DNA of 64,000 nucleotides from an uncultured delta proteobacterium. Lineage in GTDB: Bacteria > Myxococcota_A > Polyangia > Polyangiales > Polyangiaceae. Shown in pieces: positions 11,210 through 21,387 of this stretch (positions are counted from its first letter, which is position 1; every line of letters starts with the position of its first letter). Below the pieces are notes generated by a model. It made no database searches. It worked only from the letters and a program-made list of their open reading frames with translations, and was not told where the DNA came from. The stretch is from contig CAWAIF010000003.1 in the NCBI GenBank assembly GCA_963782055.1, positions 4,128,001-4,192,000 on the forward strand, in the 5' to 3' direction. A program made the position numbers and the translations under genes.

Positions 11210-13318
11210 ATGACGTGGGCCAGGATAGACCGGCTCGCGGCCTGCGCGCTCGCGTTCGCCGCGGCGGCGGGGTGCCGCGCCGGAAGTATGCAAACTGCAC
11301 ACATCGAGCGTGTCCCCGCGGTGCGCGACGCAGGCGCGCCGCGGGCCGCAGCCGACACGGCGCCGGAGGCCGACGCGGGCGCGCCCCCCGCCCCGCCGCT
11401 CTTCCCTCCCCCGCGGCAGGGATCCAGCGTGGCCCGGTCGGCCGACGGTGCGCGACTGTACGTCGCCGACGAGGACCACCACGCGCTGCGGGTGCTGCGC
11501 ACCTCCGACGCTGCGGCGCTGCTCGACACGCTCGGTCCGGTGCCACCCGCGCGGCTGCGCAGCCGCGAGATCCCCCTGCCCGGCCGCCCGGCGCAGATCG
11601 TGGTGACGGCCGACCGCGTGCTCGTCACCGTGCGCGATCCCGGGATGCTCCTCTCTTTCCGCGACCCGGAGGCGGGCCGACAGCCGGGCGACGGCAGCGC
11701 GCTGGTGGAGACCGGCCGCGCCTCGGTCCCGCAGGACGCGTGGGGCGTGGCGGTGGACGCGCGTGGCCAGTACGCGCTGGTGACCTCCGCGTGGACGCAC
11801 CGCGTGACCCGCGTCGACCTGGACTCCATGAAGGCGCGCTGGAGCGTGGATGTCCCGCGGGAGCCGCGCGGGGTCGTCGTCCGGCCGGACGGCGCGGGCG
11901 CCTACGTCAGCCACCTGACCAGCGCGCAGATCACCCGGCTCGCGAGGCTCGACGCGCCCGCCCCGGTCGTGCGTGACGTGGACCTTCCGGCAGCGCCGCT
12001 CCGGCGCGAGGGGGACACCCCGCTGGAGGCGTCGCTCGGCTGGTCGCTCGCCCTGTCGGCGGACGGCTCGCGCCTCTTCGCCCCACGGCACGCGCTCGGC
12101 GCGGTCGCCCGGGACGCCTGGTTCGGCGTGGCCACGGTCGACGTGCTGCTCACCGCGAGTGACACGCCGCTCGCCGATCCGCGCCCGGTGCGGATGGACG
12201 AGGCGGAGGAGTCGGACTCGTCGGATCGCCTCGTCGACGGCGAGCGCGGGCCGATCGCCCTCGGCCCGCTCGCCTTCGTCACCCAGCCTCGCGCCGTGGC
12301 GCTGCGGCGAAGCTCGGGCACCCTTCTGGTGGTGGGGGAGGGCGACGCCACGCTGGCGGAGCTCCACGCCGGCGCCCTCGACCCGTCGCTGGCGGTCGCC
12401 TCGACCCGCACGTTGCGCGGGTGCGACGGCGCGGACGGCGTGGCGCTCTCCGGCGACGAGCGCGTCGCCTACGTGTATTGTGCAGCCAATTTCACCCTCG
12501 CCGCCGCGGACCTCGGCGGCGGCCGCGCGGTGGCCGCGACGCTCGCCGACGATCCGCTCCCCCCGCTCGCCGCGGCCGGCCGCCGCGCCTTCTTCGACGC
12601 CACGACGACGTCGCTCAGCGGAGGCCTCGCGTGCGACGGATGCCACCCGGAGGGGCGTGACGACGGGCACGTATGGCGCGAGATCACCACCATGGAGCTG
12701 CCCTTCGACAACCCCGGCGACGTCGAGCCGCGGGTCTTCGTGGGCGGTCCGCACACCGCGGACAAGCCGGGGATGGCGAGGCAGACGCCCATGCTGGCGG
12801 GCCGCGTCGACGCGGCCGGTCCCTACGGCTGGCACGCGGAGGACCCCGACCTGCAGAGCCGCATCATGGAGAGCACCCACCTGCACCGCTGGCGCGCGCC
12901 GTCCCGCTACGACGAGCGCGCCGTGCTGCGCACCGCGCGCGAGCTCGCCGCCTTCCTGCGGCAAGGTCTGGTGCCGCCGCCGGCGCGCACCGCGCCGCTG
13001 ACCCCGCTGGAGCGGCGCGGCGAGGCGCTCTTCGAGGGCGAGGCGCGCTGCACCATGTGCCACGTCCCCTCCGGCGGCTTCACCGATCGGTCCACGGCGC
13101 ACATCCGCTGGCCCTCCGACGACGGCTTCGCGCACGACCCCGCGCCCTTCCGCGTGCCGTCGCTGCGCTTCGTGAGCGGGACGGCGCCCTACTACCACGA
13201 CGGGAGCGCCGGGACGCTGGAGCAGCTCCTGGAAGAGGACGACGACCGCATGGGCCACACCAGCCAGCTCACCGACGACGACCGCGAGGCGCTCGCCGCC
13301 TACCTGAGGACGCTATGA
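11210..13318 (+). CDS. Lipoprotein: YncE-like beta-propeller fused to di-heme cytochrome c (peroxidase-like) domain
   Basis: Lipobox AAAGC; propeller repeats (ADGARLYVAD, PDGAGAYVSH); two heme motifs CDGCH and CTMCH; RVPSLR..TAPYYHDGS. Confidence 0.82.
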   Translation: MTWARIDRLAACALAFAAAAGCRAGSMQTAHIERVPAVRDAGAPRAAADTAPEADAGAPPAPPLFPPPRQGSSVARSADGARLYVADEDHHALRVLRTSDAAALLDTLGPVPPARLRSREIPLPGRPAQIVVTADRVLVTVRDPGMLLSFRDPEAGRQPGDGSALVETGRASVPQDAWGVAVDARGQYALVTSAWTHRVTRVDLDSMKARWSVDVPREPRGVVVRPDGAGAYVSHLTSAQITRLARLDAPAPVVRDVDLPAAPLRREGDTPLEASLGWSLALSADGSRLFAPRHALGAVARDAWFGVATVDVLLTASDTPLADPRPVRMDEAEESDSSDRLVDGERGPIALGPLAFVTQPRAVALRRSSGTLLVVGEGDATLAELHAGALDPSLAVASTRTLRGCDGADGVALSGDERVAYVYCAANFTLAAADLGGGRAVAATLADDPLPPLAAAGRRAFFDATTTSLSGGLACDGCHPEGRDDGHVWREITTMELPFDNPGDVEPRVFVGGPHTADKPGMARQTPMLAGRVDAAGPYGWHAEDPDLQSRIMESTHLHRWRAPSRYDERAVLRTARELAAFLRQGLVPPPARTAPLTPLERRGEALFEGEARCTMCHVPSGGFTDRSTAHIRWPSDDGFAHDPAPFRVPSLRFVSGTAPYYHDGSAGTLEQLLEEDDDRMGHTSQLTDDDREALAAYLRTL

Positions 13319-13917
13319 GACGCACCGCCATCCCCTCCGCCATCCTGCTCGCCGCGCTCGGCGTGGTGATCGCCGCCACGGCGCGCGCCTCCTTCACGCC
13401 GCCGCCTCCCTCACCCGAGGCCGTCCCGCCCGCGCCCGCGACGCCCGCGCCGCCGCCGGCGACCAGCCACGCGGCGGCGTCCGGCGGAGGGGAGGTGGCG
13501 CTGCGTCTTCCTCCGCACCCCGCGATCATCACCCTGACGAGCCCGCTCCGCGGCACGCCGCGCACACCCTCGCGCAGGCCGACGAAGAAGGAGTGGGCCG
13601 GCGGCGCCGCGCTGGACGGCATACCCGCAGGCTGCGTTGCCCAGGTCGTGCGCGAGTGGCTCCGCATCGAGTGCAAGGACAGGCCTTTCGGCGCCGCCAC
13701 GCTGCTCAGCGGATCGCTCGAGCGCATGGGCGCCGACGTGCAGGACGGCGACGAGCACGCCCTCGTCGTCATCCAGATGCGGCCCGGCGACCGCCGCCTG
13801 ATCCAGCTCACGACGATGGAGATCCAGGACGCCTACGCCGGCACCGCGGCGCAGGACCCCGGCTTCACGCTGAGCGAGGTCTGGCTGGGCGAATCGCCCG
13901 AGGTCGTCATGAACTGA
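13315..13917 (+). CDS. Hypothetical exported protein
   Basis: ATGA overlap with the upstream gene; signal-like N-terminus, Pro-rich linker, C..VREWLRIEC motif. Confidence 0.7.
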   Translation: MRRTAIPSAILLAALGVVIAATARASFTPPPPSPEAVPPAPATPAPPPATSHAAASGGGEVALRLPPHPAIITLTSPLRGTPRTPSRRPTKKEWAGGAALDGIPAGCVAQVVREWLRIECKDRPFGAATLLSGSLERMGADVQDGDEHALVVIQMRPGDRRLIQLTTMEIQDAYAGTAAQDPGFTLSEVWLGESPEVVMN

Positions 13918-13925
13918 CGGCCGGA

Positions 13926-16058
13926 TCACGGCCGGGCGAGCACCGCCGGCCGGCTCACCGTCTCGCCGTGGAAGAATGACCGGACGAGCCGCTCGCGGCG
14001 GAGCACGCGTACGAGGTCCCTGCCCGGGACGAGCAGCCCGCGCACCGCGTCGTCGCCCACGCGGTAGACGCGCGCGGCGATCACCACGTCCGCCCCGGCA
14101 AAGGCGCCGCCGTCGATGGACGCGCCTCCCGCGGATGCGCGCAGCACCAGCCCGTCGCGCACGCGCGTGATCCCGCCGTCGGCGCGGCAGACGAAGCGGC
14201 CGCTCGGGTCGAGCACGCCGGCGCGGCGCACGTCGCGCAGCTCGCGACCGGTGGCGGCGTCGAAGATCCGCCAGGTGCCATCCTTCGCCTGCAGGTGCAC
14301 CGCGCGGCCGTCAGTGGAGAAGCGCACCTTGCTCCCGGTGGCCTGGATGGTGGCCACCCGCTTGCCCGCGGCGTCGAAGACGGCGCTCGTTCCGGCGCCC
14401 GCCACCACCACCTCACCGCCCGGACCGAAGGCCGCCTCGCGCGGGCCGCCAGCCCGCAGGTGTCGCGCCGCCTTCCATCCCCGCGTGTCGACCACCGTCA
14501 GCCCCCGCGCGCCGAGCACGGCGAGCCACCTGCCGTCCGGGGAGAAGGGCCGCGAGGCGAGCCGGCCCGGCGCCTGGAACACGACGCTCCTGTCGTCCAG
14601 ATCGCGCACCGTGACGACACCGCCGCCGCTCGCCGCGAGGATGGTGCTCGCGGTAGGGCTCCACGCGAAGCGATCCTGCGCCGCCCAGAAGAGGTCCACG
14701 CCCGCCGCCTCCGGGCGCCTCACCTCGAGGTGGCCGTCGTAGCCGAACGCCACACGCGCGCCGTCCGACGAGAGCGCCACTGCGCGCGGCATGCCCGGCG
14801 GCAGGTACGCCTCCTTGGTGTGCGGGTCGTACTGCTCGTCGCCGATGTGGTAGGCGACGCGCGTCGTCTGGTCCTGCACCCACACCGCCTTGTCGCCGTC
14901 CGGCGAGAGGTCCAGCAGCATCCGGTCGGGCCACGCCACCCCGGCGATCCAGGCGCGCGCCTCGCCGGGGCGGTAGAAGGAGAGCGCGGCGTCCTCCCCC
15001 ACCGCGGGATCGGCGGTGGCCAGCGCGACGCAGGTGCGACCGTCGGCGGCGAGCCACGCGCGGCCCTTCTGCGGCGTCGTCGGCTCCTCCCACGCCAGGC
15101 CCGGCTCGTCGCCCCCACCGATGGTGCGGATGCGCCGGAAGGGGTGCTCGGCGCCGTGGAAGAACTGGGCGCCGGAGACGAACACCCGGCGCGCGAAGGG
15201 ATCGACCACCGCGACGTCGACGCCGTCGTCCGTCACCGCCGTCCCCTGGTCGTCGACGCCTGGCGCGAAGTCGAGCACCGTCCAGAAGGGGCTCCGGTCG
15301 AGCCGAGCCGTCACCACCACGTCCCCTTGCTCCGACACGCGCACCGCGGCGACCGCGGCGGCGGGGGAGAGCGACAGGCGCCGCGTGATCACCCCGGTGC
15401 GCGCGTCCCACACCACGGCGGCGCGGGCGCCGCGTCGCAGCGCCGCCACCTGCGTGCCCTGCCGGTCGATGCCGGTCGCGCCGACCGGGCCGCACGCCGT
15501 GCCCGCGCAGTCGAGGGCGAGGATCACCGGCGGCGCCGATCCGCCGCGCACCACCAGACGGCCGCGCTCCTGCACGACGCGGCGCCCGTCGGCGCTCTTG
15601 CCCTCCTCCGCCTTCCACGCCGCGCACACCGAGGGCGGCACCGGCCCCCGGTACCAGCCGGTGGCCACGTCCCACAGCTCGCAGCGCGGGTTGCGGCCGC
15701 GCGCGTAGAGGCCGACGGAGCGCCCCTCTGGATCCCACACGTCGGGCGGCGAGGTGAGGGGCTTCTGCGGGATGCGATGTAGTGATCCCGGGTCGAACGG
15801 GACCGCCACCGGCCGCGCGCCCGCGGGCGCCACAGGCGCCGCCGAGAGCGCGACGCTCACCACGCGCGGCGACCGCGCTGCGTGGACACCGGACGGCGCG
15901 ACCGGGCGCGGCACCGGCCCGGAGCAGCCCGCCCCCGCGAGGCCCGTGAGGACGACCGAGGCGAGGCTCGCGACGCACGCCGTGGTGAAGGTAACTTTAC
16001 CCCCGCCATCCCCGCGATCGCGCCCACCGCACGCTACGCTCCTCGACACGAGACTCAT
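13926..16058 (-). CDS. WD40-like beta-propeller lipoprotein
   Basis: Repeated SPDG/SSDG/STDG, VWDARTG and IFDAATG motifs; lipobox GAGC; start uncertain (about 15990-16058). Confidence 0.7.
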   Translation of the reverse strand: MSLVSRSVACGGRDRGDGGGKVTFTTACVASLASVVLTGLAGAGCSGPVPRPVAPSGVHAARSPRVVSVALSAAPVAPAGARPVAVPFDPGSLHRIPQKPLTSPPDVWDPEGRSVGLYARGRNPRCELWDVATGWYRGPVPPSVCAAWKAEEGKSADGRRVVQERGRLVVRGGSAPPVILALDCAGTACGPVGATGIDRQGTQVAALRRGARAAVVWDARTGVITRRLSLSPAAAVAAVRVSEQGDVVVTARLDRSPFWTVLDFAPGVDDQGTAVTDDGVDVAVVDPFARRVFVSGAQFFHGAEHPFRRIRTIGGGDEPGLAWEEPTTPQKGRAWLAADGRTCVALATADPAVGEDAALSFYRPGEARAWIAGVAWPDRMLLDLSPDGDKAVWVQDQTTRVAYHIGDEQYDPHTKEAYLPPGMPRAVALSSDGARVAFGYDGHLEVRRPEAAGVDLFWAAQDRFAWSPTASTILAASGGGVVTVRDLDDRSVVFQAPGRLASRPFSPDGRWLAVLGARGLTVVDTRGWKAARHLRAGGPREAAFGPGGEVVVAGAGTSAVFDAAGKRVATIQATGSKVRFSTDGRAVHLQAKDGTWRIFDAATGRELRDVRRAGVLDPSGRFVCRADGGITRVRDGLVLRASAGGASIDGGAFAGADVVIAARVYRVGDDAVRGLLVPGRDLVRVLRRERLVRSFFHGETVSRPAVLARP

Positions 16059-17862
16059 GGTCCCTCGAAGAACGCTCCTCACCGTCCTCGTCATCCTGGC
16101 CGCGAGCTGCCAGCACCAGGCGGCCTCGCCGGTCGCGGCGACGCCCGCTCCCACCGCGCAGAGACCCGCGGCGTCCGCACCCGGCATGACCTCCGCCGAC
16201 GTGGACGCCGCCCTCCGCGCCGCCTGGCACGAGGCGGGCATCACGCCCAGCGCGCGCGCCTACGACGCGACGTTCCTCCGCCGTGCCTACCTCGACGTCG
16301 TCGGACGGCTCCCCCCGCCCGAGAAGGTGACCGCCTTCCTCGCCGACACGTCCACCGACAAGCGGGCGAAGCTCGTCGACGCCCTGCTCGCCTCGCCGGA
16401 GTACGCCGAGCACTGGACCGCGTTCTGGGACGACGTGCTGCTCGGCCACACCCGCGCCGCCGACATCGACCGGCAGGCCTTCCGCGCCTGGCTGCACGAT
16501 CAGTTCGCCAGAAACGTGCCGTGGGACAAGGTGGTCTACGCGCTCATCACCGCGACAGGGCAGAACAGCCTGGGAGGCAAGTTCGTCAAGCCGCTCCAGC
16601 AGGCGCACCACGAGCTGGACACCGGGCGCGTGGACGGCGCCGTCAACTACGTCCTCAAGTACCGGGACACGCCGCAGGACTTCGCCGGCAGCGCGTCGAA
16701 GACCTTCCTCGGCGTGCAGATCCAGTGCGCGCAGTGCCACGACCACAAGACGGAGAAGTGGAAGCAGACCGACTTCCAGAAGTTCGCCGCCTGCTTCATG
16801 CGCGCGCAGACGCTGCCCGTCGGCGACGTCCGCAACATGAAGGGCATCCGCACCGTCCGCGTGCGCGACATCCGCCGTCCCCTGCCCCGCTTCGTGAAGA
16901 ACCCCGACCTCGTCGACATGGCCCGCGCCACGCCCACCACGCTGGACGGCACGGTGCTGGAGGGCAACGTGCGGCAGGGCGTGGCCGCGTGGATCACGAA
17001 GAACCCGTGGTTGTCGCAGGAGATTGTCAACCGCATGTGGGCGCACTTCCTGGGGCGCGGCTTCGTCAACCCGGTCGACGACCTGCGCCCCTCCAACCCC
17101 GCGGTGATGGGCGACCTGATGAACGCGCTGGCGAAGGACTTCACCACGCACGGCTACGACCTGCACAGGCTCATCCGGATCATCGCCGGGACGCAGGCGT
17201 ACGGCCTCTCCGCCGCGCCGCCGCCGGGCGCGCCGGTGAAGGACGACGGCCGCGTCATCCCGCTCTGGTCGCGCTTCAAGATCACCCCGCTCGGCCCGGA
17301 GGAGCTCGCCAACGCCCTGGTGGGCGCCGCGGGGGTGGAGGGCGTCCTCAGCCGGATGACGCGCTCCGACGCGGCGGACGTGCGCGTGCGCTTGACGCAG
17401 CTCTTCTCCTTCGTCTTCGACGTGGACGAGGAGATCGACCAGCCGCGCTTCGAGGGCACCATCACCCAGGCGATGCTGCTCCTCAACGGCAAGCTCACCG
17501 TCGGCGGCTCGAGCGCGCTGCCGCCGACGGCGCTCGGTCACATCGTCCGCTCCGGGGAGCCCGGCCCGGAGATGGTGACCAATCTCTACCTCCGCACGCT
17601 GTCGCGGCCCCCGACGAAGGAAGAGCTCGCCGCGGCGATGGAGTACGTCGCCTCCGCACCGCCGCCCGGCCGGCCCCCCGAGGCCGCGCCGGCGGAAAAG
17701 GGAAAGGGAGCGGGCAAGGGCAAGGGGCGCGGGTTCGGGCGCGGGCCGGATCCCACGCGGCGCCTGCGCGCCATCCCCCGCGCGCGCAACCCGCGTGTCG
17801 CCGCGCTGGAGGATGTCTTCTGGGCGCTGCTCAACTCCAGCGAGTTCGTCTTCAATCACTGA
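16057..17862 (+). CDS. DUF1549/DUF1553 (PSCyt2/PSD1) domain lipoprotein
   Basis: FLRRAYLDVVGRLP, KRAKLVDALLASPEY, FLGVQIQCAQCHDHK, VNRMWAHFLGRGFVNPVDD, WALLNSSEFVFNH. Confidence 0.9.
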   Translation: MVPRRTLLTVLVILAASCQHQAASPVAATPAPTAQRPAASAPGMTSADVDAALRAAWHEAGITPSARAYDATFLRRAYLDVVGRLPPPEKVTAFLADTSTDKRAKLVDALLASPEYAEHWTAFWDDVLLGHTRAADIDRQAFRAWLHDQFARNVPWDKVVYALITATGQNSLGGKFVKPLQQAHHELDTGRVDGAVNYVLKYRDTPQDFAGSASKTFLGVQIQCAQCHDHKTEKWKQTDFQKFAACFMRAQTLPVGDVRNMKGIRTVRVRDIRRPLPRFVKNPDLVDMARATPTTLDGTVLEGNVRQGVAAWITKNPWLSQEIVNRMWAHFLGRGFVNPVDDLRPSNPAVMGDLMNALAKDFTTHGYDLHRLIRIIAGTQAYGLSAAPPPGAPVKDDGRVIPLWSRFKITPLGPEELANALVGAAGVEGVLSRMTRSDAADVRVRLTQLFSFVFDVDEEIDQPRFEGTITQAMLLLNGKLTVGGSSALPPTALGHIVRSGEPGPEMVTNLYLRTLSRPPTKEELAAAMEYVASAPPPGRPPEAAPAEKGKGAGKGKGRGFGRGPDPTRRLRAIPRARNPRVAALEDVFWALLNSSEFVFNH

Positions 17863-17880
17863 GAGGGCGCCGAGAAAACG

Positions 17881-19128
17881 ATGGATCGACGAAGCTTTCT
17901 GCGTGCCTCCGTCTCCGGCTTCCTCGGCGCGATGCTCGCCCGGCAGGCCGGCGAGTCCACCGCCTGGGCCGGCGACGCCCCCGCGCGACCGCGCCCGCGC
18001 GCCACCTCGGTCATCGTCCTGTGGATGAACGGCGGGCCCAGCCACCTGGACACCTGGGATCCCAAGCCCGGCGCCGCCACCGGCGGGCCCTTCAAGGCCA
18101 TCAAGACGAAGAACCCGAAGCTCACCGTCTGCGAGCACATGCCGCGCCTCGCAGCCACCGGCGATCGGCTCACCGTGCTGCGCGGGATGGCGAGCAAGGA
18201 GGGCAACCACCAGCGCGCGCAGTATCTGATGCACACCGGCTACTCCCCCAACCCGACGGTGGTGCACCCGTCGCTCGGCGGGTGGATCGCCAAGAAGGTC
18301 GGCGCCCCGCCCAACGGCCTCCCGCCCTTCGTCAGCCTGGGCGGGCCGAGCTACGGCGCCGGCTTTTTGGGCGTGCAGTACGGCCCCTTCGTCGTGCAGA
18401 GGGCGGGCGAGCTCCCCGACGACACGCGCGCCGGCGTGGACGACGCGCGCTTCGGCCGGCGCCTCGGCCTGCTGGACAGGATGGAGGCCGGCTTCGCCGC
18501 GCGCACCGGACAAGGCTTCGTCGACGACCGCCGCGCGGTCTACGGGCAGGCGCGGCGCATGATGAGCTCCAAGGACCTCGCGGCCTTCGACGTCTCGAGC
18601 GAGCCGGCCGCGGTCAGGCAGGCCTACGGCGACACCGACTTCGGCCGCGGGTGCCTGGTGGCGCGTCGCCTCGTCGAGTCCGGCGTGAAGCTGGTGGAGG
18701 TGGTGCTCGACGGCTGGGACACGCACAAGGACAACTTCAACCGCGTGAAGAAGCTCCTCGGCACGCTCGACCCGGCGATGAGCGCGCTCGTCGGCGATCT
18801 CCGCCACCGCCGCCTCCTCGACACGACGCTGGTGCTCTGGATGGGCGACTTCGGCCGCACGCCCCGCGTCAACGGCAACGAGGGTCGCGATCACTGGCCG
18901 CACGCGTGGAACGCGGTGATGGCGGGCGGCGGCACGCGCCCGGGCGTCCTGGGCGGGACCGACGCGCGCGGGGAGAAGGCGGCCGGAAAGCCCTTCGGCG
19001 TGCCCGATCTGATGGCGACCGCGACGACGCTGATGGGCATCGACCCCGACGAGGAGGTCATCTCCCCCATCGGCCGGCCCATCGCCGTCACCGACGGCGG
19101 CACACCCATCGCCGCTGCCATCGCGTAG
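17881..19128 (+). CDS. DUF1501 domain protein, Tat-exported
   Basis: MDRRSFL twin-Arg signal; LWMNGGPSHLDTWDPKP, GRGCLVARRLVE, GWDTH, GDFGRTP, GRDHW. Confidence 0.9.
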   Translation: MDRRSFLRASVSGFLGAMLARQAGESTAWAGDAPARPRPRATSVIVLWMNGGPSHLDTWDPKPGAATGGPFKAIKTKNPKLTVCEHMPRLAATGDRLTVLRGMASKEGNHQRAQYLMHTGYSPNPTVVHPSLGGWIAKKVGAPPNGLPPFVSLGGPSYGAGFLGVQYGPFVVQRAGELPDDTRAGVDDARFGRRLGLLDRMEAGFAARTGQGFVDDRRAVYGQARRMMSSKDLAAFDVSSEPAAVRQAYGDTDFGRGCLVARRLVESGVKLVEVVLDGWDTHKDNFNRVKKLLGTLDPAMSALVGDLRHRRLLDTTLVLWMGDFGRTPRVNGNEGRDHWPHAWNAVMAGGGTRPGVLGGTDARGEKAAGKPFGVPDLMATATTLMGIDPDEEVISPIGRPIAVTDGGTPIAAAIA

Positions 19129-19189
19129 CCCCGACGGCGCACCCACCCGCGCGTTGCGGTCGCTCTCCGACGACATGTACCCTGCATGC

Positions 19190-20269
19190 ATGCGTACCGT
19201 CGTCAGGGTCGTGCTGGTCACCTTCACGCCGGTCCTCGCCTGCCTCGCGAGCTGCAGCGACGGCGGGGAGGGCCTGCCGCCCGTCGACGCCGGAAGCGGC
19301 GCGGACTCCGGGCTCCCCTCCGACGCCGCATCCCCGGACGACGGCGCGGCCCCGGAGGCCGCGACCGGCACGCCTCCGCCCTGCGGCCCGGACTACGGCG
19401 CGGACGAGCCGCGCTTCGACGCCGATGCCGGCACCCTGGTGCTCAGGGACGACATGGATGGCTACGCCTCCACCGCCGACCTCTTCCCGGCGTGCAAGGC
19501 GCCCGGACCGGCGGCGTTCGTCGACTCGTCGTGGCTCAACTGCTCCAACGCCGGACCGAACACCACCCACGTGCAGACGATCGCCCCGGGTCGCGGCGGC
19601 GCGGGCAAGGCGCTGCGCCTCGTCTACGACGGCGTGAACCAGGAGTCACCCGGCCTCTCGACCAACCCGATGGCCACCGGGCCCACCGCCGCCGTGCAGA
19701 CGATGTACGTCTCGCACTGCGCGCGCCTCACGCCCGCCGCGCCGCTCGGCTCGCAGGCCGTCGCCTTCAAGTTCATCCTCTTCTATCACCAGAATTACGA
19801 CCGCATTCAGTTCAACACCCATGACCACCTGCCCTGGAGCGGCGGCAGCTTCCCGACGTACTGGCAGGTCTACGACGGCAGCCGCGAGACGGTCTCGCAG
19901 GGCGATCAGGCGCTGGGTCCGCACTTCAACGAGGACATCGCGGTGCCCGGCGCGACGTGGCACCGCTTCACCTACGCGTACCGGCAGAACACCACCGCCG
20001 ACAACGAGGGCAAGAGCCTGCCCTTCCCCGCCTCCTCGCGTGACGGCTTCGCGCGCATGTGGATCGACGGGACCAAGGTCATCGACATCTCGCAGGCGAC
20101 GGTGGGCGTGACGCCGCAGGGCGGCGAGAAGCCCTGGTGCACGGAGGACGACGTCGACGCGCTGTCGGGGCCCGACGGGATCATCCGCGTCGCGTTCGGC
20201 GGGGCGCTGACCGCGGGCCACACGGCGTTCACCTTCGACATCGACGACTTCGCGTGGTGGACGCAGTGA
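19190..20269 (+). CDS. Hypothetical lipoprotein, possibly a beta-sandwich carbohydrate-active domain
   Basis: Lipobox LASC; acidic D/G/A linker; WHRF..., DGFARMWIDG and FDIDDF motifs typical of lectin/polysaccharide-lyase-like folds (inference). Confidence 0.65.
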   Translation: MRTVVRVVLVTFTPVLACLASCSDGGEGLPPVDAGSGADSGLPSDAASPDDGAAPEAATGTPPPCGPDYGADEPRFDADAGTLVLRDDMDGYASTADLFPACKAPGPAAFVDSSWLNCSNAGPNTTHVQTIAPGRGGAGKALRLVYDGVNQESPGLSTNPMATGPTAAVQTMYVSHCARLTPAAPLGSQAVAFKFILFYHQNYDRIQFNTHDHLPWSGGSFPTYWQVYDGSRETVSQGDQALGPHFNEDIAVPGATWHRFTYAYRQNTTADNEGKSLPFPASSRDGFARMWIDGTKVIDISQATVGVTPQGGEKPWCTEDDVDALSGPDGIIRVAFGGALTAGHTAFTFDIDDFAWWTQ

Positions 20270-20382
20270 GCGGAGGGCGGCGCAAACCGTTCGGCGCCAT
20301 GCAGCCCGTGCGGGCATGAACCGAGCGCGCGCGACGACCAATCGCCCCTGGCGAATGTGGACATGCGCCCTACGTTGAAGGC

Positions 20383-21369
20383 ATGAATCGCCGAGCGCTC
20401 GTCTTCGTCGTCGGCGCGATCTTCGTGGCCGGCGCGATGATCCCCGTGGGGGGAAACGCGGCACCGGCGACGACCCCGCGCGTCGCAGGGCTGGACCTCT
20501 CCTCGTTTTCGGCCAACGGGCCGGCGACGAAGACCGACCTCCTCTTCATCCATCACTCGTGCGGCGGGCAGTGGCTCGCCGACGTGGGCGGCGGCCCGGA
20601 CGGAGACGGCCAGCGCGAGAAGTGCATCTACGCCCACCACCCCAACGGCGGGGAGCTGCGCGCCCACCTGGAGGCGCAGAACTACGTGGTGCACGAGGCC
20701 TCGTACGGGAGCGAGGTCGGCGATCAGACGGACATGTTCGACTGGCTGCCCAAGTTCCGCGATCACATGGACAAGGTGCTGACGGTCGACGAGGACGACC
20801 GCTACCTGCCCCCCGGCCGCAGCAACAAGGTGGTGATGTTCAAGTCGTGCTTCACCAACAGCGACTTCGTCGGCATGGGCGCGCCCCCCGGCGACCCGCG
20901 CGGCCCCGCTCTGACGGTGGCGAACGCCGAGGCCACCATGAAGGCCGTCCTCGCCGAGCTGGCGAAGCACCCCGACGTGCTGTTCGTGTACGTGACGGCG
21001 CCGCCCCTCGCCCCCAATCCGCCGGTCCCCGCGTGGAGGGCGCTCGCGCGCGTGGTGAAGCACGCGCTGCTCAAGACAGGTCACCTCCCGCCGGACGAGA
21101 GCGGCGCCCTCGCGCGCACCTTCGACGACTGGATGAAGTCGCCCGACGGGTGGCTGAAGGGCTACGCCCGCACCAACGTCGTGGTGTTCGACTACTTCGA
21201 CGTCCTGACCGGGAACGGGAAGCAGAACGTGCTGGCGTACCCCTCCGCGCCCGGCGACAGCCACCCGGCGAGCACCGGAAATGAGCAGGCCACCGCGGCG
21301 TTCGTGCCCTTCGTCAACCGCGCTTGGCATCGCTTCGCGGCCGGGGACGGCGCCCTCGCGCAGCCCTGA
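20383..21369 (+). CDS. Exported hypothetical protein, SGNH-hydrolase-like
   Basis: Signal peptide; FIHHSCG, VVMFKSCF, VFDYFDVL, GDSHP..GN (DxH near the C-terminus). Confidence 0.65.
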   Translation: MNRRALVFVVGAIFVAGAMIPVGGNAAPATTPRVAGLDLSSFSANGPATKTDLLFIHHSCGGQWLADVGGGPDGDGQREKCIYAHHPNGGELRAHLEAQNYVVHEASYGSEVGDQTDMFDWLPKFRDHMDKVLTVDEDDRYLPPGRSNKVVMFKSCFTNSDFVGMGAPPGDPRGPALTVANAEATMKAVLAELAKHPDVLFVYVTAPPLAPNPPVPAWRALARVVKHALLKTGHLPPDESGALARTFDDWMKSPDGWLKGYARTNVVVFDYFDVLTGNGKQNVLAYPSAPGDSHPASTGNEQATAAFVPFVNRAWHRFAAGDGALAQP

Positions 21370-21387
21370 GCGCGCCTCTCCCGCCGG

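Noticed and set aside
11209..16059. Divergent gene pairs sharing a CATG start on both strands (11209-11212, 16056-16059)
   Set aside because: Alternative starts exist for the minus-strand genes and in-frame coincidence is likely by chance; not supportable without TSS data.
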